From Tubiluchus corallicola (lineage: Eukaryota > Animalia > Priapulida): DNA of 64,000 bases. Made by a program: the position numbers and the translations under genes. The stretch is from assembly GCA_030141605.1 (NCBI GenBank), contig JAQGDQ010000056.1:1-64000 (forward strand). Direction: 5' to 3'. A model generated the notes under the pieces. It was not told where the DNA came from, ran no database searches, and saw nothing but the letters and a program-made list of their open reading frames with translations. Each line of letters begins with the position of its first letter. Positions within the stretch are counted from its first letter, which is position 1. Positions 14,024-25,467 of this stretch are shown here, one piece after another.

Positions 14024-14479
14024 AGTATTGAGATAAACAATCTGTTTTGAATACTTAAACTTCAGTTGAAGGTGAAGTAGCACATAGGCAACGAATAAAA
14101 TCTGAATTCATTTTTTAAATAAACGCTGATACTCAGCACATTTATTTTAAATAAAGTGAAGTAACGTGATTACTTTTCGGTCCTAATATTAGACTTATAT
14201 TAACAATGTAACTTGTTTTGGCTTCTCATCTCTAACTATGGTAGGTTCTCTCACTGGCGTAAAACTAAAACATTTCTGCTTTAATACGTCTCTACAGCTA
14301 TGTTTGGGCGACTTGGACCTGTGTAGAAAAGGGGCCCATGAGAGTGAATGAAAGAACTATAACTCATTGATTTAAAACATTTTAAAGAGGGTCTCCACAT
14401 CAATGTCTATCGACAAAATGTGTTTATCACAATGAAAAATTTCTTCACAAAAGCTTACATAAAGAGAATATGGTGATAT

Positions 14480-17400
14480 GACTTCAACACTGATGAAACG
14501 TGGGCAATATTATAGCGTCTGCTTGTTAAAACGTTCGGTGCTATCTATAAAAGAACAAAGATGTTCAGTTATCGCCTCAATATCAACATCTTCTTGGTCA
14601 GCGACCTCACACGACAATATATCAACTAGCTTGAAATTAGATAGACCAGTATGTCGGGAAATATTCTATAACAGAGTTCAGCACATTAGCATAAGGCACA
14701 CACTCAGACAAAAAGTGTTGTGTATGTTGGGAGCCGTTTGGACCACTGCGCCAAGTAGACCAATTGGTCTACTTGGGCTAGCCCAAGTAGACCTCGGTCT
14801 ACATGGGCTAGCCGTCTACTTGGGCTGCCCAAGTAGGACACTAGAGACAGGTCGTGAATTCAGTCGTTAAGTGTACTGACACCGTCCGTTGTGCTTGTTT
14901 ATGTAATAATAATAATTAAAAACGTTAATACACGTTGAATAATTTATTATACATCTAATAAAATAAAAGAATTTTATTCTGAGCTGGTAGAACGGACAAT
15001 ATTAAATTTGGTTTCGATATTAATGTTGTTGAAGTGAAAAAACCACTTTTTTGCGAATTCAACATTTGTTTAAGGTATATCATTTTTGATTTTGTCTCAC
15101 TTCACAAACAGGTGATCCGTTTCACTACCTCTTGGGCAAATAATTGTTTTCTTATAAGTAAACGTTCTAGCGATCTATGTGTCCTACATGGGCTAGCGAG
15201 CCATGTAGGACAGTGCCCTACATGTTACTCAATACTACTGATAATATTAAAACTAATTATCCTTGCTTTTCTTAAATGTTAAAAATTACTTTTTGGTGTT
15301 GTGAAGGCTTAGCAGCATCTGTCTCATTTTTAAATTTGCAATTATTTCTGTAATAACTGTGTGCAGAATTTCTCTCTTTAAAGCATTAGATACTAGGTTT
15401 AATGTTATGATATATTAATGGAGTTAATCATAATGATGAAATTATTGTAAGAAATGCATTTGTAAATTGCCAAGGAATATCCATTTCTAAAAGAAATTTT
15501 GTTTTATGCTTTATTATGTCATAACAATACTTATAAACAATGGTAATATAAACTGGAAACAAGTTTTGCCAGAGCAAGTTTCTCGACAAAAATCGCTAGT
15601 GTCCTACTTGGGCTGCCCATGTAGGACACTACTTTTAGCGCATCAAGTGGTCTACTTGGCGCAGTGGTCCAAACGGCTCCCAACAGTGTAGATTCCGCCA
15701 AACCACACTTGCATAGTGGAGAATCGACGCTTCCAATCATATGAAGATAGTAGTTAAGTTTAGAGTATCCCGTACACAATGGAAGAAGTTTGAAAAACTG
15801 TGACTTTGACGGAAAATTAAGTCTTCTATTAAAGATCGCAGATGAACACAATTGATAGAAGAATCTACTATTTGAAGAGTGATTCCACCGAAACTCCCAT
15901 TTACGAAGTAAAGTTTTTTGGCTTTCATTATTGACATCTTACAAAGTGTAAATACAGGAATTTACATCCATAAATTGAGCATCATGGGCAGCCATTTTAG
16001 CCAAGGAGTTAGCGAGATCATTCCCAATAATATTATAATAGCCAGGAATCCATACAAAGTTAACATGAATATCATTACTATAACGAAATTTAACATAATG
16101 TTTTATACTGTCACATGGATCTTTGCAATAGTTACAAGACCATGCTAAAGATACAATGCCTACTGAACATTGACTATCTGAAAAAAAACTGTAACATTTT
16201 TAACATTTATAACTACATTGATTAATTATTCTGCAGTAAACTGTAACACAGCAAAAATAGCAAAGAATTCAGCTAACAAAATGGATCCGTGCAATGCTAC
16301 TGGTTTACTGATCTGATCAAATTCCTGGAAATGTGAAAATTCCTGGATTACTGCTCCCCCTCCACATGGTCTAGGATTGTCAGTACAAGAACCATCTGTA
16401 GGTGCAAAAACAGTATTATCTGGAAGACTGCATAAAGAATTCAAAACCAAGAAGTTCTTGTGCGTCCGTCCTATTCTTTGAGGATTTTAGTACATTCCAA
16501 TAATTAAGTTTAGCCACAGCAAGATCTGTAAAATTGTCACTTAGATCGAAATCAACTTCTAGAACCACTTGAGAAATTATAACATTCCCATTCTTCTCAA
16601 CCTCCCATGCCAAAGAAACAGCTTTCCCCATAGGAGAAACAAATCTGATATTACCCACACCAACTGCTTTAAAATCTTGTTGTTTTAGAGGATTAGATAG
16701 TGGTTCAGATTCAATTTTTGCGAGCTCTGTAACAGCAAGTTCAGAAAGTCATAGGTTCAGCAGAGATACACTACTGTAATCTCCAATACTTCAACACCAG
16801 CAGTTGGAGGAAGATCCAGACATAAAGATAAAGCCTTCTGTTGAACAGCTTCTAACATAGCCAGTGTTTACGATCCGCAACTTGCCGGATGATAACACCA
16901 TATTCCATCAATGAATGAACAAGCGATTTATAAATACAAAGTAGATGTATGGTTGAAATATTAACAATACCTCTTATTTCCCTAATGACTGAAAGAGTTT
17001 TGCTAGCTTTCATTGATAGCTTGACAGTGTGGGGATGAAAGGTTAATTTCTCAGCTAGGGTAATGCCAAGTAGATTTAGAAACTGATTTTGCTTTAACAA
17101 CACATGATTAAGATAAAAAGGAAAATTACTAGGTATGCTACTAAATACAGTAACTTCAGTTTTACTTAAATTAAGTGACATATGACGTACACCAGTTAAT
17201 AACATGTTCTACATCAGAGCAAACTAAAGAAGCTAGATTGATAACATCTGGTCCCGTGTGCCATAAAGTACCATTTCAATGTACAGTACTAGTAGGAGGA
17301 TATTTAAACACATTAGTTATGAAAATGTTAAATAAAGTAGGTGAAATAACACTCCCTTGTGGTAATCCCATAGAAGAAACAAACTCTGGCCCTTGATATC

Positions 17401-18440
17401 CATTAATCACACATCTAGCATGTCTGTTTGATAAAAAACCTTTAACCCATAACCATAATCTGCTAGTAATGCGAGCATCATATAGTTTGATAAGAAGTCC
17501 AGCTTGCCATATACAGTCATAAGCTTTCTCCAAATCCAAAAAAGAAGCAACTGTTTTATCACCATTGTTAAAACCATCAAATGTACTTTGTACAAGTCGT
17601 AAAACAGAGTGAGTTGTGGAATGGAACTTCCTAAAACCATCTTTTGATGTGGATCAATAATATTATACATATCAATTACATTATTTAATCTAAAAAAATA
17701 CTAATCTTTCCACAGTTTTACAGATGAATGATGTCAAGTTAATAGGGCGATAAGAGGAGTGTACATAATAGTCATCTTTGCTTTGTTTCCTGATGACCTT
17801 GATATTTGCATTAAGTCCAGTCTGTCGGTAGAGTTCCATTGGTCACGACTTCATAAAAATCTTCAATAATGCATGTTTCAAATTGCTTCCACAGTGTATA
17901 AATAACTTAGGAGGATATTTATCAGGACCAGGTGCTTTCCTTGCCTTCAAGTAGTTAATTGCTTTAGATACTTCTTTTACTGTAATATTTTTCTGAATGA
18001 GATTTGACCTACATCCATCAATACCAAACTCAGAAAAAATAGCTACATGGTCTGACCTTATGTATTCATGAGACAAAGTAGAGCATTCTACAACATACTA
18101 TGACAAATTTGGAGATGAAATTACTAAATCTATTACACTATTACTAAGTCTCCTTGTTGCTTGTCCATCATTGTGAACCACAAAATTGGACTGATTCAGA
18201 AAAGATTTTGTCCCCCATTCAAAGATATTGGCTTTCAAATCTCCTATCAAGAGTACATTTTGCCTATTTTAATTTTTGATTTCATTACAAATAATTTGAA
18301 GCGCCTCGTGCTTACCTGGAGGATTGTAAGCAGATACAATGATCAAGTCTAGACTAAAGTTTGTAAAAACATCCACAGCTACTGCTTCTACATTAGTATT
18401 TATATTTGCAAACATTTTAGACTGCTTAACTGTAAATGAT
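14480..18440 (-). mobile_element. Decayed LINE with endonuclease, RT, RNase H and CCHC finger (I-group-like)
   Basis: Endonuclease IIVSAYNPP, VIDLVISS, RSDHVAI; RT KAPGPD, DLEKAYDCIW, GLPQGSVISPTLFNIF; RNase H TDGSCTDNPRPCGGGAVI, SILLAE, WIPGHNNIIGND; CCHC CKCGLAEST|QHFLSEC split by an inserted element. Confidence 0.9.
14725..15685. mobile_element. Non-autonomous TIR element with TGT...ACA ends and 5-bp TSD (Ginger2/TDD-like), copy 1
   Basis: Perfect ~38-bp TIR TGTTGGGAGCCGTTTGGACCACTGCGCCAAGTAGACCA; TSD GTGTA (14720-14724, 15686-15690); removing the element restores the LINE frame AESTQHFLSEC. The superfamily assignment is inference. Confidence 0.88.
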
Positions 18441-18945
18441 CAGAATTAAATTCACGACAAAGAACCATTGCAATCAATTGTGCCCAAGCCAAGTGTTAGA
18501 CATTTTTTGTGTATATGCTAGTAGTCATATGCAGCAAGAGATTACAGAGAAGTTAGCACATTCCAATGTATAAAACAAGAAGTAGCTTATACATGAGTTA
18601 CCAATTGGCTCAACTTATGTGAAGATGCTTTTTCATTACAAACTGTAATGATGAATAAGACTACAGAGCTAATAAATTTAGAATTTCTATGTGTTTGCAA
18701 ATTTGCATTCTTATCATACAGCAATCAATTTGCATTTTAAAGGCCAAAAGGAAATTTACCTTCCTTAGAAAGTCATTTTGTCTTTGATTTGATCGTACAT
18801 ATTATTTTCTATGTGTAAGAAATCTTTCCATATTTCATCAGCTACAAATTGTATTTAAAAAGTGATTTTCTTTTAAAATTTATTTGTATTCATATAGTTG
18901 CATGGAAACTAGGATCAAGATACGACATCTGCTGAGTGCAAAACT

Positions 18946-21900
18946 ATGTCTGTTAAATTGAATCCATCAGCAATCACAATCCCATCAACTAAAGTACGAG
19001 AAGATAGTGTTGTTTCTGTACCATTTGAAGATCCCGGCAAAAAAAAGCTTCGTACTCCTGAGTCACAACGTATCCTAGCTGTGATAGATGAAACCATTGG
19101 GAAATTAGAATTAGTCATGTGCTTTTCATATATAATTGACAATATAAGCGAATTTCGAGAATTTTTTGATGTAAAACTGATCACACAACTTGAACACCAC
19201 AAAACTGCACAAGACTTATTTCAGGATGCCATTAAGGTAGGCTATTCACTATTCTAATAAAATATTAATTAAATACAGCGATTGTTTGTCTTGCAGCTGT
19301 AGTGGTTCCATTCCCTCAATTTTTTTCTAAAGAAAATTTCTTAACAGCTGTGGAGATAATATATGCACACAATTATAGGGAACAGCAAATTTATTCAACT
19401 TGAAAATGTGGGTGTCTTGCAAAGAGATGCATGTTCACAATAGTGAGAAGTGAATGGCTCTTGATGTTCAAGGTCAGTTATGTGCAACAGTCATTCATCG
19501 ACGAAGTTGAATTCTTTGAAGGACACACTGAGGGCACATAAGTACACATTACGTAGACTGTTAACAGGCCAGTTAAGACTTCTGACAGCGTAATACTGAG
19601 TAGTAGTTGCCGACTAGAGAAATTTTGAGCTAAACGGCATTCAGCAGAAATTTGAATAAGTAAACTCCTTGACTTCATACACAAGACAGCGAAGACCATC
19701 TGCTTATATGGACTAGCAGCTGAGATATGGTTCCCTTTAAACTGGGGGAGGTCTTTGTGTGGCCATTTTGGATATTCAGTATTCTGAAAAAAATTTAAGT
19801 AGACAAAATTCAAGTTCTTAAAGGGAAAGAAAAGCGAATTTTAAGTATCCCATATCCCAAAAAAACTTTGCACGCTTAGCTGTATTAGTTAGCATTATGC
19901 TTACATGTTTGAAAGACTTATGTCAACAGGAAAAGAAATTTTTTAAATAATTTTAAATATTTGCCCCATCTGGTAAAATCGCCATCCAAGTGTGCAACAT
20001 TCTCCGATAAATATTTTTTACACTAGGCAGCAAAGAAGTACGGTGAAATAAAGAAGCGGCAAAGTCGGAGAGAAAGTGATTCCGAATACAGTGAAGAAGA
20101 ATCATTGCCGCCACATTCCCCATCTTCATCGATATCATCATTGTCGTCAATCATACCAGAAAATGAACAGATCGAAGAAGTTCTGTTAAGGAAAGTGTAC
20201 CAAATTCCAGAACTAAAGGTGTGTCATTTGATTTATATTACTAGATTGGCAGTTCTATGACAATACGAATATACATATCAAAACAAGAGCTCTCATTTAT
20301 TTCAGAAAAATGTAAGAATAAGAACCTCGGGATGATTTACTTCATACAAAAAAATTAAATACCAACAAGTTGACAAAAAGAATTGTCCGTATTACATACT
20401 TGTTACCTCTGGTAAGGAGGTTATGTTTTCATCGCCATTGCTGTGTTAGTTTGTTAAGCAAATTACATAAAAACTACTTCGCCGATTTCCACAAAACTCT
20501 GTAGGGTTGAGGATTGGGACTACGAAGATCACTTTCAGTTTTGACAATGATCGATTAAGAATTGCGAAAGAAAATCAGTTTTTATGGACTAATTATATGC
20601 TTATGTGGGAAAATTCTGTGTTGTTAACATTAAAAACCATGTACATTAAAAAAAATATTGTGAACATGTTTTCTGATCATCTCCTGAGTAAACATAATTT
20701 ATGAGCATAATACAAAAGTTTACATTTTGCTGAGGTACGTATGTTATGTATTGTAAAGGTTGAGGCTGGTTTATTGAGCATTATAACATTAGACCCTGTT
20801 ATTGACATTTCAGCGTCAGTTAAGTGATTCATGTAAAAATGTGCTTCGATTATTTCGGGACAATAGAGCTGCAGCTGAAGCCACGACACCAGCACTTGCC
20901 CATCGAACTCAACGTTCCTTAGAGCTAATACAGCATTTTAAACAGCTGCGAGAAGACTTACTAGAGAGGTACTGGCATTTGTCATATATGTTACCGTAGT
21001 TACTTTGCATTTAATTCTAGTTGTAAAAGTGCTAATTGGCAATGACAAGAGAGTTGGATGTAGAGTCAGAACTCAGAGTCAGTGTTAGAACGGTCTGTTT
21101 TCACCCCCTAATTCACCCTATGGGATGTCAACTGACCGTTGTCCACCAAACAGCCAACAAGTGGTCAATGAAGTTCTATAACATTTTTTTTGCAATTTTG
21201 CTTGGTCTACCTATTATTTTTTGTTAACAGAGAAGTTTCGCATTCTCATTTCGTCCACCAATGACTTTGCGAAAAAAGCAGGTCTATTGACAAAAGGTGA
21301 CTGCATGACCATGAAATATTAGTGGTTTTTCGTTAGATAACAATATTGAAAGACAACACTTCGCACTGTATCAGCTTTCAAACTTGTAACGATTTTTGTC
21401 ATTTTAGAAACATTCATTAAATCATTTTTCATTGCTGCAGAAATTGTCTTTCAATATTTGTTGTCTAACAAAAACTGTGGTCATGGTCAGCCAACCTTTG
21501 TCAATACATTTTCTTTGTTCTTGGGCAAATCTTCCAGCAAATTACACAACAGATAAAGCTACATTCCTTGCCTGCAAGTAAAACAGATTTAGTTACATAA
21601 TACAATGAAAAATTCTAATTTGCTATATAATTTGCATTAGGAAATGCAACTATCATTTGAAAAAAAAGCCAGTTAATTTTACTTCTAGCAAAGAAACATT
21701 TTGTGAAGCAAAAAAAAAGATTGCCAGGTCATAGTACATGTAACTTTCACTTTGTTATGAATGGATCACACACAATATGCCACAGTAAACCGTGACAGCA
21801 GTGACCTACTTAGCTGTGACCATGTATTAAAAAGTTATTATAATTCCTATTTAATGTGACATGTTTCCTATTAAGTTATTATAAATAATGCAGTGTGTGG

Positions 21901-24224
21901 CTGTAAATGAAAAGATTTTGTCAATGATGATAATAAACTAGGCTAGCACTATACAGCTAGCTCTTCAAGATACGACATATTTGCATAAATCATGTACATT
22001 GTTTCAGGTTGCTTGTCTCACCGACTGAAGAAAATCGGAAAGTTGACTTGATGTACAAACTTACAAAGAGGATAAAAAAGCAGGAGGAAATTATTAGCAG
22101 GCTTGAAGATGAGCTTCACACTGCAAATTATGATAGGGAAGCTGAGGTGAAGCTCAGTCATAAATTTGGACACTCCATTATTTGCTCTATAAGGCAGAAA
22201 AACTTGAACACATTAAGCTTATCTTCTCTCCATATTTAGGGCTGTCATGTTTATTAACTTTGTAAAACATTTGCATGATGCAACGTTTACACGATGTAAC
22301 TAAATGTGTGTGCGCGTGTGTGGACGGCCTGTATAAATTACTGTCTGGGTCAAAAATATATTCACTACCCATCACATTTAATTAAAATGCTTTGGAAATG
22401 ATAATTACATGTACTTTTGTCTGTATGATCTAGCTTGAATTGCACGTCTAGTGACTCGTCTCGCTAGCACCTAGATACTATAATTAATGCCAGCAAGTAC
22501 ACTTGATACAGTCATAACATTATTATTGTTATCATTGTTATGTCATTTCAGAACCTGAAGGGAAACCGTTCATCGTTTACAAAAATTGCTAAACATTTAG
22601 AGGGACTAAACTAAATCCTTCTGTTTACACATGTAAACGTGACAACCCTTTCCAAATTATTCATTTTTTTGTGAATTTCAGGTGAAAAAGAGACAATATC
22701 TCATTAATCAGCTGCAAACAAAACTCGGTTTACTCAAGAAAGCGGCAGAAGATGAAATACGCAGAAGTAGAGCTGAAGCTACTGGACATGTTATAAAAGA
22801 TAAGAGAGAAAGTGAGGCAAAGCAAGAACAGTTAAGAAAAGAGAAGCAGTTGCTCTTACAGCAATTCGAAAAAATGAAAATGGAGCATAATGAGTCTGAA
22901 TCTGTACTAAGAAAGGTAAATTTTGCTACACAAAAAGTGTGTAAAGGAAACAGGACAATTTGCAGACTACAACCCAAATTGATCTAAAAGATACATTTTA
23001 TTACATATAATAATTACTAAAGCATTTCTTATATTTAAATATTAGTCAGAATTTAATTAATCGTCTATCAGCATTGCCGTTAGGTACAATTTTTAATGGC
23101 AGAAACCATTTGCATGTGTTTGCAAAGCGAATATTGCAAAATGGTACTGCTATGTCACATTGACAGTGAGACACAAAAAACCCACAAATTTTAAGCTCAT
23201 TTCAAAATTCGAAATTTGCAGCTACTCATTAATGAGGTTAACCCAGACATCATGATTGGGTCATCTATAGCTCTGCTAATTCAGTACAGTTTTCGGCAAT
23301 TTGTATGTGGAAAAATGGCATTGTGTGTCCATCTAAGTAACATAAAATTTAACAAAATTAGGATTCCAAACTAATAAGTATTACATTTAAATCATCGCTA
23401 AAAATGCATTTGTGCTTAGGATATTTAAGACATAGGATATTCTGAGTTATAGTCTTAAATTAGGCACAGTTTTGAGTGTTTTCCTTTCAGGTTATGCATA
23501 TGACATGCTAGCTTTGAGGTCAACATCTTATTGAAATCAATCCTGCCTAAGATTTGGCCCTCTTTTGTTTTTATATCTGAATAAAACCTTTTTTCTCATC
23601 TTAATCCGCTTGATTAAGCAAAAACGTCGGAAACACGGTCTTTAATTAGCTTGGTGATAGTTATTATGACCAATATATAATGTCAAGTGCTCATTTTTAA
23701 TGTACTTGTTTCATTAAACTACCCAGCAGTGTAATTAAAATTTACTTTAAATTTCTTATTGTTAGAAACGGTTCAAAATTGAAACAGAGCTGGAAAATTG
23801 GCTGCAAAAGTATGATCAGGACATGGGGGAGAGGCAGGTAAAATACTTTACATAATTATTATTTTATGTGTTAACTTACATAAATTTGTGCGACTAGAAA
23901 TAATTTAGTCATTAACAGTTGTAGCAGATCTAATTTTCTGCACAAAATCTGTACAATATCTTGTCACATACAACAAACTTTATATTTTACATATTACTTT
24001 TCATTGAATGTCCTAACTGAAATCTTGCAGTTATTCTAGTTTTTTAAAAATATGTCTATTTACTACATTTAAGCAGGGCAAATCAGTTCAGCAATATTTA
24101 AGAATTTTATTTGATCCTAGATTAAATATTTATTTTAAAGTACAATAGATTCTTGATATACAGTTTTCACAGAACAGAAATAATAACTTGCTAGTAAACA
24201 GGGTTTGCACTACCCATTAGTACA

Positions 24225-24258
<34 letters not shown>

Positions 24259-24951
24259 TAACCAAACTAAAGTGAAATCCTTTTTGGCCATAACAATTCA
24301 TCATCAGCACCTGGCTGAAGGAAATTAATCTTAATGATAAACATATTGCAAACATGCAAGAATGTTCAAGTTTTGAAAACATTTAAATGAGATGTACTAC
24401 AAAAAGTTTTAAACCCACTTACTTATATCAGTGTTGGTTTTTTACTTTTTAAAACCATTAAAATTAGAAAGATGTGCTGAAAAAGGTTCTAAACCAATTA
24501 ATACACAGACCGGAAAATGTCTGTAAAATTAAGCACTCCATTTTGTATTCTGCAGGAAAGATATGAAGACATTGAAGCAGATTATAACCAAGTGTGTGAA
24601 GAACTGACAGAATTAGAACAAAGATTCAAAGAACAAGAACCCAAATACAGTGCCATCATGGAGGAGCATCAGTTAGCAAAAGAAAAGCGAGAGCAAGAAG
24701 AACGTGAATTACAAATTAAAATTAAAGCATCCACAATAATTCAATCGTTCTGGAGGTCTTACAAGTGCCGTAAAATGCTTAGATCAAAGAGCAGGAAACA
24801 GAGGGGCAAGAAAGGTGGAAGGAGAAGTAAGAATAGTGGGAGATTAAGCAAGCAACGAAAAACACCCGGGAGTGGAAGGCAAAGTGGACAAGCAAAATCC
24901 CCATCTAGCGGTAGGCAAAGTAAACAAACCAAACCTGCCAAACGGAAGTAA
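18946..24951 (+). CDS. DRC10: Dynein regulatory complex protein 10 (IQ domain-containing protein D), ~492 aa
   Basis: Exons 18946-19236, 20027-20218, 20814-20968, 22008-22146, 22682-22915, 23766-23837, 24556-24951, all GT-AG and in phase. Motifs DPGKKKLRTPESQRILAVIDETIGKLEL, KRFKIETELENWLQKYDQDMGERQ, IQ motif ASTIIQSFWRSYKCRK, coiled coils. An in-frame acceptor at 18913 means the true start may lie upstream. AATAAA at ~24988 and ~25075. Confidence 0.9.
20395..20560 (+). mobile_element. Short interspersed repeat remnant (Helentron/HINE-like)
   Basis: Begins ttacctctggtaaggaggttatgttttc, resembling the hairpin start of a widespread non-autonomous rolling-circle-type repeat; recognised from memory only. 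Confidence 0.4.
21285..21506. mobile_element. Small MITE-like inverted repeat
   Basis: Imperfect ~70-bp inverted arms (tattgacaaaagg..ttagataacaatattgaaagacaa / ttgtctttcaatatttgttgtctaa..cctttgtcaata) bounded by TA. Confidence 0.65.
24227..24261. repeat. (AAT)n microsatellite
   Basis: Direct reading. Confidence 0.95.
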
Positions 24952-25467
24952 TAGTGCCAACAACTGTAAAATAACTATGAGTACACTAATAAAGCTTACA
25001 TATTTGTCAAGAAAAGAAATAATATTAGATATAAATTGATATGCTCAGTTTTTTATGAGAAAAATTTCAATACCAATAAAATTCTGACTACTACAACTTT
25101 TCCATATCTTTGTTTTTGCAGCCTACAAAAAATTTATTTACACGTATAAGAAACACGCTCTGCACTGACTGAGGTTACTCTTGATGTGTTCGTGAAATGT
25201 ACAGCTACATTTAAGGGATTTATTTGCGTTTATACAACATAAGTGCACAAATGCTTAAAATTGCTAATCAATTTAAGACTTATTATTTTTTATTGTGATC
25301 AACAACAATTTAAAAAAATGACATAATTGAAGTTAACATGGACATGTTTTTTTAGCTTATTTTTCTAGTAATTTTAACAAATTAATTTAGCTAGTCAGAT
25401 CACTTAGAGATCACTATTATTCTTAGCTTCAGTACATGATTTCACGAACATATCCATTTCTGTCGAA

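Noticed and set aside
14760-14840. Short palindromic repeats with spacers, superficially CRISPR-like (also 57480-57590)
   Set aside because: They lie inside TIR elements with TSDs, the spacers are only a few bases, there are no cas genes and the context is eukaryotic.
18902-18945. ATG at 18902 as the DRC10 start
   Set aside because: It is out of frame with the conserved DRC10 ORF beginning at 18946.
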